NCBI GenBank assembly: GCA_963757345.1 | Contig: CAVWRP010000014.1 | Coordinates: forward strand, 194,542 to 258,541 | Length of the DNA: 64,000 nucleotides | Direction of reading: 5' to 3' | DNA from: Terriglobia bacterium | GTDB lineage: Bacteria > Acidobacteriota > Terriglobia > Bryobacterales > Bryobacteraceae | Shown: one piece after another, positions 1 to 10,016 of the stretch | How the letters are laid out: every line of letters starts with the position of its first letter | How positions within the stretch are numbered: position 1 is the first letter of the stretch | Position numbers and translations under genes: made by a program | The notes under the pieces: model-generated | What the model saw: the letters and a program-made list of their open reading frames with translations, nothing else | Told to the model about the DNA's origin: nothing | The model's database searches: none

Positions 1-141
1 AGAGAGGACGGGAATGCGAATTCCGGCCTTAGCCGCCACATCATGAAATATGCTGCCCGGCTCTGGCTTTTGAAAAGCTACGACCGGTAACCATGCGGCC
101 ATCACCGAGAGTGCGGCGACCCCTGTCCTAAGCCGGCTCAT
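1..141 (-). CDS. N-terminus of a CRTAC1/FG-GAP-like secreted protein (partial, continues past window start)
   Basis: ATG at 139-141 (minus) shares one base with the TGA of the upstream TPR gene. My translation MSRLRTGVAALSVMAAWLPVVAFQKPEPGSIFHDVAAKAGI has a signal-like segment then F.DV...AGI, the same opening as the CRTAC1-like gene starting at 32022 (FTNVTETAGI). Only 47 codons are visible. Confidence 0.4.
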   Translation of the reverse strand, partial: MSRLRTGVAALSVMAAWLPVVAFQKPEPGSIFHDVAAKAGIRIPVLS

Positions 142-1778
142 CATCGAGGGGCGGAGACGTTCTGATCCGTGTTCTGGTTCTGGGCCCGCAGTTGCTGGAC
201 AATACGCGTTTGCTCTTCAGAGAGTTGTTTCTCGCCGAGCCGCGCATAGACGCGAGAAAGCTCAACATGCATCTGGCTATTGCCTGCGTGCCCGGTAATC
301 GACTGCTCGAGTAGCGCCCGCGCTTCCGGGAACCGGTTCAGGAAAATCAGGTCGCGTGCTGCTCCCAACACTGCGGAAACGTCGGCATCTTTTTCCATCG
401 CGCGCCGATAAGTGGTGAGCGAAGCCTCATAAGCGCCGTCCTTTTGCTGCGCTTCAGCCAAGCCGAGTAAAGGCTCCACACGGTCGGGCGCAAGCTCAGC
501 CGCTTTTGCAAACAACGGGCTCGCTTCGTGATACTGGCCCAGACGAGCCAACTGCTGCGCTTTACCAAGCGAAGCCTGCGCGAGTTCCGGAAAGCGTTTA
601 ACGGCCTGATCGGCAACCTCCAACGCTTCCTGCTGCTTTTCTGTCGCATTCAAACAATCAATAAGGAGGAAGTAGACCTTGGGATCATCCGGAGAGGTTT
701 TCAGAGTCTCGCGCAGAATGGGAATTGCTTTTGCTGGAGCGCCACTGCGGTAATAGGCAACGCTGAGGAGACCGGCCGTCTTTCTATCGTTAGGATCGGC
801 TGCCCTGGCGGCTTCGAGGGGGCCCAGAGCGTCCTGGTAGTTGTCCTGGAGCACATAGGCAAGGGCGAGCGCCGCATTGGCTTCCTTCGAGGCAGGCGCC
901 ATCCGCACGCTCGCTTGCAACGGAGAAACCGCTTCCCCAGGACGCTTCAGGTTAAGCAATGCCAGTCCCAGATTGAAGGACGCTTGAAACGAATCCGGAT
1001 CTCGTTCCCCGGCGCGCCTGAATAGCTCAAGAGCCTGATCGGGTTCACCAGTGCTTGCAAAGGAGGCTCCGAGCGCCACTAGCAGATCAGGGTCCAGTTG
1101 ACCGTTCTGCAGGAATTGATCGCGAATTTTGAAAGCTGTTGCCATATCTTTCGTCGAGAGTGCTCGTCCGCAATCCATCAACTCTTGTACCCCTTGAGCA
1201 TCTGCCGCCTTCGCCTTTACGCTTTTTGTGAATTCCTGTTGCGCCAGTTCTCCTTCGCCCGCCTGCTGATAGATTCTTCCCAGGCGGTAGTGCAGACTCC
1301 CGTCCCAGGGAGTGGCAGCAATTGCCTTTTCGGTCCAGAAACGCGCTTGTTTGAGCTGTCCCGTATCCCAATAGAGCTTGCCTATTCGTCCTTGTGCGTC
1401 TTCCACGGGTGGATTTGCGGAGGCACATGGCTCGAGCCAGCGAATCGCTTCAGACCGGTTGTTTTCCGACTGTGCCATTCGGGCCAAGACATACTTGCTT
1501 CTCAAGCTTTGCGGGTCGATGGCGAGCGCGGCCTTTAACTCCTGCCTGGCTGCGGGAAATTTTTGCAGACGGTACAACACATATCCGCGCAGGTACAGCA
1601 CTTGCGGATCGGAATGCGCAGCGTCTGACTGGATGGTGTTTAGCGTGTCCAGTGCTTTGCTGAAGTTAGCCTGATCGATGAACAGGCGCGCCTGCCGCAG
1701 CGCGTCCGAAATGTCAGCTGCGAATAGGGCTCCCGCGGCGGCGGTCACGGTAAATAGAAAATAGGCCAACCCTTTCAT
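141..1778 (-). CDS. TPR-repeat protein, secreted
   Basis: 545-aa ORF with signal-like N-terminus MKGLAYFLFTVTAAAGALFAADI, followed by many 34-residue A/L/Y-rich TPR-type repeats. Confidence 0.85.
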   Translation of the reverse strand: MKGLAYFLFTVTAAAGALFAADISDALRQARLFIDQANFSKALDTLNTIQSDAAHSDPQVLYLRGYVLYRLQKFPAARQELKAALAIDPQSLRSKYVLARMAQSENNRSEAIRWLEPCASANPPVEDAQGRIGKLYWDTGQLKQARFWTEKAIAATPWDGSLHYRLGRIYQQAGEGELAQQEFTKSVKAKAADAQGVQELMDCGRALSTKDMATAFKIRDQFLQNGQLDPDLLVALGASFASTGEPDQALELFRRAGERDPDSFQASFNLGLALLNLKRPGEAVSPLQASVRMAPASKEANAALALAYVLQDNYQDALGPLEAARAADPNDRKTAGLLSVAYYRSGAPAKAIPILRETLKTSPDDPKVYFLLIDCLNATEKQQEALEVADQAVKRFPELAQASLGKAQQLARLGQYHEASPLFAKAAELAPDRVEPLLGLAEAQQKDGAYEASLTTYRRAMEKDADVSAVLGAARDLIFLNRFPEARALLEQSITGHAGNSQMHVELSRVYARLGEKQLSEEQTRIVQQLRAQNQNTDQNVSAPR

Positions 1779-1899
1779 TTACTGCCGACAAACCAAAACC
1801 GGGTCCCCGCGATCAGCACCAAGCTATCACGACCGATTGAAAAGACATGGGAAAAAGTGCTTTCGAATTTTTTTCAGTGGTGATACTCTTTCCTTAAAC

Positions 1900-1917
1900 C
1901 TAGTCCTAACGGACTAG
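1900..1917. promoter_or_regulatory. Perfect 7-4-7 inverted repeat CTAGTCC-TAAC-GGACTAG, 30 nt upstream of the Oar-like gene start
   Basis: Read directly from the sequence in the 169-nt intergenic region. It could be an operator or a 5' UTR hairpin, and no function is demonstrated. Confidence 0.3.
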
Positions 1918-1947
1918 ATAAGAATCGACCCTGGGGAGGGTGCACAC

Positions 1948-4900
1948 ATGCAGCGCCAAGTTGCTTGCTCGGTTCATGTAGTTCTCTTTTCGTTTTTCCT
2001 GGCGGTATTTTCTCCGCGAGTCCATGCGCAGTCTACCGAACTCGGCACGATTGCCGGAACGGTAACTGATCCGGCAGGGGCTGTCATTCCCGGAGCGAAC
2101 GTCAAAGTCACTAGCGTAGGCACAAACGTGGTCCGTGAAACGACAACGGACTCGGCAGGCAGCTTTGCTGCGCGCTCGCTGGTTCCCGGGATTTACCGGG
2201 TCGCAGTGGCGGCGCCCAGCTTTTCGGCACAGGTTCAGGACAACATTAAGCTCGATGTCAATGCTACCGTTAGTCTCACGTTTAGTCTCACGGTGGGCCA
2301 AGTCAATCAGCAGGTGGAGGTTCAGGCCCAGGGCGCGCTCTTACAGACCGAAGAGAGCAGCGTCGGCACGGTCGTTTCGAGCACGCAGATGGTCGAACTC
2401 CCACTAAACGGGCGCGACTTCAACTCCCTGACAAAGCTCACCCCCGGGGCGGTGCGCGGAACCAGCGCAGGAGCGGAGACCATCCAGGGCGACACGTATG
2501 CCGTGACCGGCGATAGGAGTGACAACGGCTACTATTCACTCGACGGCATGTACAACAACGGCTCCTTCTTCAAAACGGCCGCGATTCATCCATCGGTTGA
2601 CGCCATCCAGGAATTTAAGATCGCAACCAATACGAGCGCGCAATTCGGAGCGGCTGCGGGGGCCAACATCAATATCATGATCAAGCCGGGTACCAACCAG
2701 TATCACGGGACCGTGTACGAATTTCTGCGCAATAACAAGCTGGATTCGCGCAACTATTTCGCCCAGAACGTTCCGGAATACCGCCAGAATCAATTCGGCT
2801 TCACGATAGGCGGCCCGGTTACAATCCCGAAGGTGTATAACGGTCGCGACAAGACGTTCTGGTTTTTCAACTACGAAGGCAACCGGATTGTAAGCGGCAA
2901 CACTTCTTTCCAGACCGTTCCAACGCCCGCCATGGTGGCCGGCGATCTTTCCCACGATCAGGCCGGAAACGTGGCGGCGCCGATTTACAATCCTCTTAGC
3001 CCGACGCGCGCGCCATTCCCCGGGAACATTATCCCGAGCAACCTGATCCAACCCTACTCGACCGCTTATGCAAACTACTGGTTTCCGACGAACCTGATCC
3101 CGGGCCAGGCGAGCAACTACATTGACACGGGCAATTCCTCCCGGAACGATGACCAGATCAATCTTCGGATTGACCAGCGCCTCTCCGAAAAGAATAACTT
3201 CTACGCCCGTTTCTCCAAGTCAGATCTGGATACTCTAGCTCCGGGAAATTTTCCGAAGGCCCAGGTCGGTACGTTCAATTACTACATTGGAGCGGTATTG
3301 AACGACGTTCATCTCTTTAACCCGAGTACGATTCTCAATTTCCGTTTCGGATATCTGCGAGCGAACCTCGGCCAGGGGCCAACGGAGAAGTTCATCCAAG
3401 TCTACCGCGATGCGGGTTTAACGAATACCCCGGAAACCTTCCGGACTTGGGACTACCCGATTAATTTCGAGATCAGCGGCTACTCCCAGCCGAATCTTGG
3501 AAACCTGGTGAATGGTCCTGATTTTACTTACCAGGGCTCGCTAAGTCTTAATAAGGTCATTGGGACGACATAGCTTTACCCTCGGCTACGATCTCACATA
3601 TCTGCGCATCTTCCACGATTCGGTTTTCAGCAGCTTCGGTTACAACAGCGTTCCCACAGGAGATCCGCAAAATGTTTCGGGCACTGGCCAAGCCATGGCG
3701 AGCTTCCTGCTTGGGCTGCCGTCCACCGCCAGCCGCATCGTCGGGACAGGACGATCTCGATCTCGCTCAATACCTGCACCACATCTACATTCAAGACGAT
3801 TTCAAGGTAACTCCAAGCTGACACTCAATCTCGGCCTCCGCTGGGAGTACGATCAGTGGCCGCACCACCGGCGCGGGCGTCTGAGCGGCTTTGACACCTC
3901 ACCGGCCAATTGTTCTGGGCTTCCGAAAATCCCGTTACGGGGGAGCGGACCGAATGTGCGGCCTCAGATCGCGGATCCGCGCTACAGAGAATTTCGCTCC
4001 ACGTTTTGGATTGGCTTACCGAATCACACCTAGGACGACTCTGCGCTCCTCCTACGGTATTTTCTACAACTCGAATTTTTCGTGGGAATGGAGCGACTCA
4101 CGCGGCGGATGGCCATATTCGTTCTCTGACAACCTTCAACGGGCTAAATCTGCCTGGCAGCCGCTGATTTTCACACAGGACCTGTTCCAGAACTTCGATC
4201 CCGCCACCGCGCCCCGCTCAATCCAACACACCGTTTCGCGCGATGTGAAGACGCCCTACATGCAGAACTGGAACTTAGGTGTCGAGCACCAGTTCGCCCA
4301 GGATCTACTGCTGACGATCAATTACCAAGGCTCGAAAGGGACACACTTGGGGAGCTTTCTTAATGGAAATGATGCGCTGCCAGGTCCCGGAGTCTCCGGA
4401 TCCCAGGCGCCCGTGGCCCTCTGCGGGGCCCTTTAGTGAGTTGAAGCAGATCGCCACTTCGCGATACCAGGCCCTTACTATGCAGGTGGAAAAGCGATTT
4501 TCCAAGAGGCTTCAGCATTCTTGGTTCCTACGCCTGGGCTCATTCCATCGACCTGAACTCCGAGTTCGGCGGAACTTCTCCTCAGAATGACCAATGCATC
4601 AAATGTTCCCTGGGAGACTCGGGATTCGATCAACGCCAGGTGTTTAACGCCGCTTACATTTACGTCGTTCCGGGAGGCAACAGTCCAAAATGGCTGGTCA
4701 AGTACGTCGCTAGGAGGCTGGGAACTGACCGGGATCACGCGTCTCGAAAGCGGCCGTGCCTTCAATATCGGAATCAATTTCGATAACGCAAACAATGGAG
4801 CACGATCAAACTCACAACGTCCCGATCTGGTCGGTGAGCCGTTCCCATCCGGCTTCAGCCCGACGTTCGGCCCTGGCGGAACGTACTTCAATACGGCTGC

Positions 4901-5171
4901 TTTCGCGGTGGCGCCCCAGTATACTTACGGAAATCTCGGGCGGAATGCTTTGCACGGGCCCGCCTATTACAATACCGACGCGGGAGCTTTCAAAAATTTC
5001 AGCTTGACCGAGCGCTTCAAACTTCAGTTCCGAGCGGAATTTTTCAATATCTTCAACAACTCGAGTTTCGATACTCCGGACAGCACGCTGGGCGATGCGG
5101 CATTTGGTTCGATAACCAGTACGTTCGCTTCACAGCGGCAGATACAATTTGCTCTGAAATTGCTTTTCTGA
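1948..5171 (+). pseudogene. Oar-type TonB-dependent-receptor-like outer-membrane protein, disrupted by multiple frameshifts
   Basis: ORF 1948..3573 has a signal peptide, a carboxypeptidase-regulatory-like N-domain (GTVTDPAGAVIPGANVKV) and a plug (ELPLNGRDFNSL), like the intact genes at 27027 and 37186. The rest of the barrel, down to the C-terminal QRQIQFALKLLF, is readable only by changing frame at about 3565, 3746, 3815, 3899, 3949, 3986, 4395, 4507 and 4709. Confidence 0.85.
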
Positions 5172-5891
5172 TTGCGCGTTTTCACCATTTTATTCCTTTC
5201 GGCGTTTTTGCTTGGGCAGCAGCCAGTCACAGACTCCAACCTGGCTGCTGCCCGCAGAGCTGAACACGCCGGGCATTTCGCCGAAGCAGAACATATATAC
5301 CAAGACCTTGCTTCGCACCAACCCGACGCAGAGATCTATCAGCGTTTGGGTCTTGTCCGCCACATGCAGAACAAGTTCAGTCCGGCGGCAGAAGCATTTC
5401 GGCAAGCGTTGAAGCTGTCTCCCGACTTATGGGGCTCACACCTTTTTCTCGGGATCGATTTGTACCGCATGAACCAGTTCGGGGAGGCCGATACGGAGCT
5501 TACTGCCGCCAACCGCCTGCGCCCGAAGGAGCCGGAAATCCTCTTCTGGTCCGGGGCGACAAAGCTTGCGCAGCACGATTACATGGCCGGTTTCGAGATG
5601 TTGGAAAAGGTACTCGAGCGCGATCCATCGAACGCCGAAGTGCTCCGCATGCTCGCCGAATCTTACGCGACCTTCGGAACTTCTCTGCTTAACGACGTTG
5701 GAAACAAATTTCCGAATTCTGCCCCGGGACTTGTGGTTCAGGGAAAGGCGTTCGAGTTTGAAGGGGCCTATGGTCCTGCTAAAGATGCTTACCAGGCGGC
5801 GCTGGCCCTGTCACCCGCTCGTGCGGGCCTGCCCGAAGCAATCGCACGTGTCGATGCCCGCCTGAAAGCCGGCGGCGGATCGACGCCTTAA
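5172..5891 (+). CDS. TPR-repeat protein, secreted
   Basis: TTG start directly after the TGA of the preceding gene. Signal-like MRVFTILFLSAFLLGQQP is followed by TPR-type repeats (YQRLGLVRHMQNKFSPAAEAFRQALKLSPD). Confidence 0.75.
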   Translation: MRVFTILFLSAFLLGQQPVTDSNLAAARRAEHAGHFAEAEHIYQDLASHQPDAEIYQRLGLVRHMQNKFSPAAEAFRQALKLSPDLWGSHLFLGIDLYRMNQFGEADTELTAANRLRPKEPEILFWSGATKLAQHDYMAGFEMLEKVLERDPSNAEVLRMLAESYATFGTSLLNDVGNKFPNSAPGLVVQGKAFEFEGAYGPAKDAYQAALALSPARAGLPEAIARVDARLKAGGGSTP

Positions 5892-6722
5892 TCAGGGACT
5901 CTGCGGCGCATGCGCTTTCTGCGACGCCTCTAATTTCTCCCGAAGAATCCTGGCGTGAATCGCGATCTCCTCACGCGCTTTTTCCTGTTCACCCATTTCC
6001 TTATAGAGAGCGGCGAGCTGGGCATGCACAGTCGGATCGTTCGGGGCGCGTGACTCGACGAGCCGAAGTTCCTTTTCGGCTTCGGGAAATTGATGAGCGA
6101 GACGCAATGCCTTGCCCAATTCGCGATGTGCGTCGAGGGAGTCCGACGCTCCAGCGACCGCTTCTTGCAAGTACACAACTGCTTGCGAAGGAGCATCACG
6201 CTGCGTCTCGAGCAGGATCTCTCCCATGCGAAGGTTTGTCATCGCGTGATGCGGGTTAGTCTTTAATTCCTCGCGAAACTCGACTTGCGCATCCGCGAAC
6301 TTTTTGAGCTTCCACTCTACGTTGCCTATCAGGAAATGAAGCCCCGGTTTTCCCGGCGCTTTTTCGTTTGCCCGGCGATACTTGGCAAGAGCTTCTTCCA
6401 GCTTGCCCTGCGCCTCGAAGGATTTCCCGAGCAATTCGTGGGCTTCGGCAGAATCGGGAGCCACTCGCTGCAACTGCTCTGCTCGCAACGCGGCAAGTTC
6501 CTGCAAAATCTCTCCGGCGGCGAATTCGGCTTCAGGGTCGGCCGTGCCGCGCTTCTGCAGTGCGGAGACAAGACTGAGGGCGTCCGCGATTTTTCCCTGA
6601 TGGATCAGTTCGCGCGCTTGTGCGGCGACGGTATCGGCAGAGTTGGCCGCGCCCTCCGTCTGGCGCTGTTGCCCGCCAGCCGCAATCGTGGCAATGGCGA
6701 GAAGCATGGCTAATCTGCGCAC
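5892..6722 (-). CDS. TPR-repeat protein
   Basis: The ORF is open to 6794, but that would overlap the upstream permease. GTG at 6722 (VRRLAMLLAIATIAAGG) or ATG at 6707 are the more likely starts. TPR-type repeats run throughout, and the gene lies downstream of and co-oriented with padR and the ADOP permease. Confidence 0.75.
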   Translation of the reverse strand: MRRLAMLLAIATIAAGGQQRQTEGAANSADTVAAQARELIHQGKIADALSLVSALQKRGTADPEAEFAAGEILQELAALRAEQLQRVAPDSAEAHELLGKSFEAQGKLEEALAKYRRANEKAPGKPGLHFLIGNVEWKLKKFADAQVEFREELKTNPHHAMTNLRMGEILLETQRDAPSQAVVYLQEAVAGASDSLDAHRELGKALRLAHQFPEAEKELRLVESRAPNDPTVHAQLAALYKEMGEQEKAREEIAIHARILREKLEASQKAHAPQSP

Positions 6723-6762
6723 ACTTCGAGTATTGAACAGCAGCGGCAGGCTATTTTGTGAC

Positions 6763-9483
6763 TCACTCCTCGCGGAGTGCGAGGACGGGCTCAAGAAAAC
6801 TGGCTCGACGTGCCGGCAGGTAAGCGGCTGTTCCAGCTACCAATAGAAAGATCGTCACGGCAAGTGCGAGATTGCCCACATCGTTGGGCGTGACGCCGTA
6901 AAGCAGGCTGGCGACCAGCTTTGACGTAGCAAGCACCGCGGCAATGCCCACTCCGATTCCGATCGCGACGTGCAGCATCGATTCCCGCATGACAATCAGC
7001 ATCACATCAAAGCGCTGTGCGCCCAGTGCCATGCGCACACCGATTTCGTTCGTCCGCCGGGCGACCGAATACGCCAGCACGCCATAGAGGCCGATCGACG
7101 TAAGCAGAAGCGCAAGGGTCCCGAAGAAGAGGGAAAGCGAGGCCATCAGCCGTTCGCTGTCAAGCGAAGCGGCCACGTGGTCGATCATGGTCCCTGCCTT
7201 GTAGAGCGGAATGTCGGGAGCGATCTGGTGCAAGATCTTACGAAACGAACTTTCTACAGAGCCTGCCTTCAAGCCGCTGCGAACGACGAAGCTCATGGAT
7301 GGTGTCCCATCGCTCTTCTGCGTGAAGGGAATATAAAGCTCCAGGGGCTCGGGACTACGCATGTCGAGATATCGAGTGTTGCGAGAGACGCCAATGATGC
7401 GAATGAGTTCGTTCTCCAGCCGGACTTGTGCTCCGACAGGATTCTGGTCGCCAAAGAACCTGCGGGCGGCCAGTTCGTTTATGATTCCGACTCGTTCTGA
7501 CTTGGCGTTATCGGCACGGGTAAACTCCCTGCCGCTTCGCAGAGGGATGCCCATGGTTTCAAAGAAGCGCGGGGCCACAAGATTGATGAAGGTGTCGGTT
7601 TTGTCGGCAGGCAGAGGCGGTCTCCCGGGCACAGCGAGATTTTCGTCCCAGCCGCCTCCGCTGAGCGGTGTGATCCACAGCAAGCTGGCGGCCTGTACGC
7701 CTGGAATCGCGTTAGCGCGTTCGAGCACGCGGCTATAAATGTTCATCAGGTCCTGGCTTTTGGCATACCGGTCCGAATCGATACCGACGACGACAAGATC
7801 TTTCGGATTGAAGCCGGGATCGAGCGTCCAAAGACGCCACAAGCTTCCTGCGAACAGACCGGCGACGCAGACCAGAAGAATTGAAAGCGCCGCCTGGAAA
7901 TTGAGGATCAGACGGCCAGCACCAATTCTGACGCCTGTGCCGCGAACAGCCTGTGCGCGCTCCTTAAGCGAGCCGCTGATACCGAGACGAGTCGCCCTAA
8001 GAGCAGGAGCCAAACCGAATAGCAGACCTGAAAACACCGCAGCCGAAAAAGTGAACAGTAGTATGCGCCAATCTAGATTCAGATCGAAGCGAAGGTCCTG
8101 GCCAAGCGGACCGACATTCGGTTTTTCTGTAAGGAAAGCAAGCAAGATGCGATTTGCCGCCACCGCAAAAGCCAGGCCCGCGATTCCGCCGAACAGGGAA
8201 AGAAGAAGACTTTCCGTGAGCAGCTGCCGGATGATACGCGAACGGCCGGCACCCATTGCGAGCCGTACGGCAATCTCTCTTTGACGCGCCGAGGAGCGTG
8301 CGAACAGAAGGTTCGCCATATTCGCACAGGAGATCAGGAGAACTATTCCAACAAGCGTCATCAAGATAGCTAAGGGGTCCTCAAGACGCACCCGGAGAAA
8401 GCTCCAGCCACTGGGAGCCGGATAAGCCTCAATTTGCATCTGTTTATAACGTTCTTTTTCGCCGGCGTCCCAATTCTCGGGCAGCGTAGTTGTGAAAACG
8501 CGAGGTGAGATTACCTGTAATTCCGCTTGAGTATTTTGGAGGGAGCTATGGGGGCGGAGACGAGCCATCGCAAACAGCCACCAGCAACTGCGCGAGTTGT
8601 AACAGCCGTCATTTAAGAGTTGTGGCGTAAGGCCCAATGGAACCCACACATCAGGCCGCGCAGAGACGTCGGCTCCGAAAAACTGCCGCGGCATGACACC
8701 TGTGACAGTTAAATTTACTCCGTCGAGTGTCAGCGTGGAGCCGAGGACGGCGGGATCGCGCCGAAACCGGCTCGACCAAAAGGCGTCACTGATCACCGCG
8801 ACGGGTCCGCTCTTGCCACCGCCCGGAGCATCTTCAGCGGCTGTAAATGTTCGTCCGATGGCAGCGGGAACGCCAAGGGTCTGGAAATAATCGCCGCCCG
8901 CGAGCACACCATTGATGTGAACCATCTCGGAACTCGACCGCATCTGGAAGCGATGATCCGACCACGCCATGAGGCCGGAAAAAATGTCGACGTGCTTGCG
9001 CAGCTCCTCAAAGATTGGGTGCGTCAAGGCGGATTGCGCATGACGCCCTTTCATTTGCAGCTGAATTTGCACTAATTGCCGCGGTTGCGGGACCGGAAGC
9101 GGCCGCAGCACGAGCGTATCGAGCAGGCTGAAGATCGCTGTGTTTGCACCGATGCCAAGGGCCAGAGACAAAATCGCCACGGCTGTGAATGCCGGGCTCC
9201 TGCGCAACATGCGAAGCGCGTAACGGACATCACGCCCGAGGTTCTCGACCAGGTTGACCCGCCTCATGTCGCGGCATTCTTCTTTTTTTTGTTCCAATCC
9301 CTGCATAGCGCGAAGGGCAATGTTCCGCGCGTCAGAAGGTGTGCGGCCCTGTGCGACCTCAGCCTCAATTCGCTGCTCGAGATGGAACTGTAGCTCGTCG
9401 TCAAGCTCATGCTCAACCTGTTTTCGATTGAACAGCGACCTCAAGCGTAAGGGCAGGGAATACAGCCAATGCTCGCTTCTCAC
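6763..9483 (-). CDS. ADOP-family duplicated FtsX/MacB-type ABC transporter permease
   Basis: 906 aa. The N-terminal leader LRSLFNRKQVEHELDDELQFHLE is followed by AILSLALGIGANTAIFSL. The protein has two FtsX-like membrane modules, each preceded by a large periplasmic domain, and ends ...LEPVLALREE. This matches the TIGR03434-type architecture as I know it. Confidence 0.9.
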   Translation of the reverse strand: MRSEHWLYSLPLRLRSLFNRKQVEHELDDELQFHLEQRIEAEVAQGRTPSDARNIALRAMQGLEQKKEECRDMRRVNLVENLGRDVRYALRMLRRSPAFTAVAILSLALGIGANTAIFSLLDTLVLRPLPVPQPRQLVQIQLQMKGRHAQSALTHPIFEELRKHVDIFSGLMAWSDHRFQMRSSSEMVHINGVLAGGDYFQTLGVPAAIGRTFTAAEDAPGGGKSGPVAVISDAFWSSRFRRDPAVLGSTLTLDGVNLTVTGVMPRQFFGADVSARPDVWVPLGLTPQLLNDGCYNSRSCWWLFAMARLRPHSSLQNTQAELQVISPRVFTTTLPENWDAGEKERYKQMQIEAYPAPSGWSFLRVRLEDPLAILMTLVGIVLLISCANMANLLFARSSARQREIAVRLAMGAGRSRIIRQLLTESLLLSLFGGIAGLAFAVAANRILLAFLTEKPNVGPLGQDLRFDLNLDWRILLFTFSAAVFSGLLFGLAPALRATRLGISGSLKERAQAVRGTGVRIGAGRLILNFQAALSILLVCVAGLFAGSLWRLWTLDPGFNPKDLVVVGIDSDRYAKSQDLMNIYSRVLERANAIPGVQAASLLWITPLSGGGWDENLAVPGRPPLPADKTDTFINLVAPRFFETMGIPLRSGREFTRADNAKSERVGIINELAARRFFGDQNPVGAQVRLENELIRIIGVSRNTRYLDMRSPEPLELYIPFTQKSDGTPSMSFVVRSGLKAGSVESSFRKILHQIAPDIPLYKAGTMIDHVAASLDSERLMASLSLFFGTLALLLTSIGLYGVLAYSVARRTNEIGVRMALGAQRFDVMLIVMRESMLHVAIGIGVGIAAVLATSKLVASLLYGVTPNDVGNLALAVTIFLLVAGTAAYLPARRASFLEPVLALREE

Positions 9484-9485
9484 TG

Positions 9486-9851
9486 TCAGATCTCCTCGAG
9501 GCGAATAACCTGCGAAATCGCACCGGAAAGCCGCTGCCAGTTTTCCGCCTCGCGCTCGAGTTGGTGGCGACCGAGGCGCGTCAACGAATAAAACTTCGCG
9601 CGCCGGTTATTCTCGGTTGCCTTCCATTCGGCTGTGATCCAGCCTTCCTGCTCGAGCTTGTGCAGGGCCGGATAGAGCGAGCCGTCACTCACCTGCAACA
9701 CCTCGCCAGAGATCTGTTTCAGCCGCTGTGAGACTGCCCAGCCATGGAGCGGCTCTAGCGCCAGAATTTTCAACAGAAGCAGATCGAGCGTGCCCTGTAC
9801 GAGATCGGATGGTTTGCTCACCTTTTTCTCCTCGGTTATCGAGATGATCAT
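9486..9851 (-). CDS. PadR-family transcriptional regulator
   Basis: GTLDLLLLKILALEPLHGWAVSQRLKQISGEVLQVSDGSLYPALHKLEQEGWITAEW...RRAKFYSLTRLGRHQLE is a classic PadR winged-helix signature. Its stop lies 2 nt from the ADOP permease start. ATG 9851 is preferred over the ORF-track start at 9875. Confidence 0.9.
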   Translation of the reverse strand: MIISITEEKKVSKPSDLVQGTLDLLLLKILALEPLHGWAVSQRLKQISGEVLQVSDGSLYPALHKLEQEGWITAEWKATENNRRAKFYSLTRLGRHQLEREAENWQRLSGAISQVIRLEEI

Positions 9852-10016
9852 AGCGCGTCTCCCCTCGGTAAGCAAGAGGTCCCGTGCTGTTCACGCGCGG
9901 ACACACCTCCTCGAATTCGAACAGTTACTGGTAAACAGCGACCGGCTCCAGCCAATGAAACCATGAATTTGCCGCGCAAAAGAAAGCGGCAGGCAAAGTG
10001 CGCTAAGCCCTAGACG

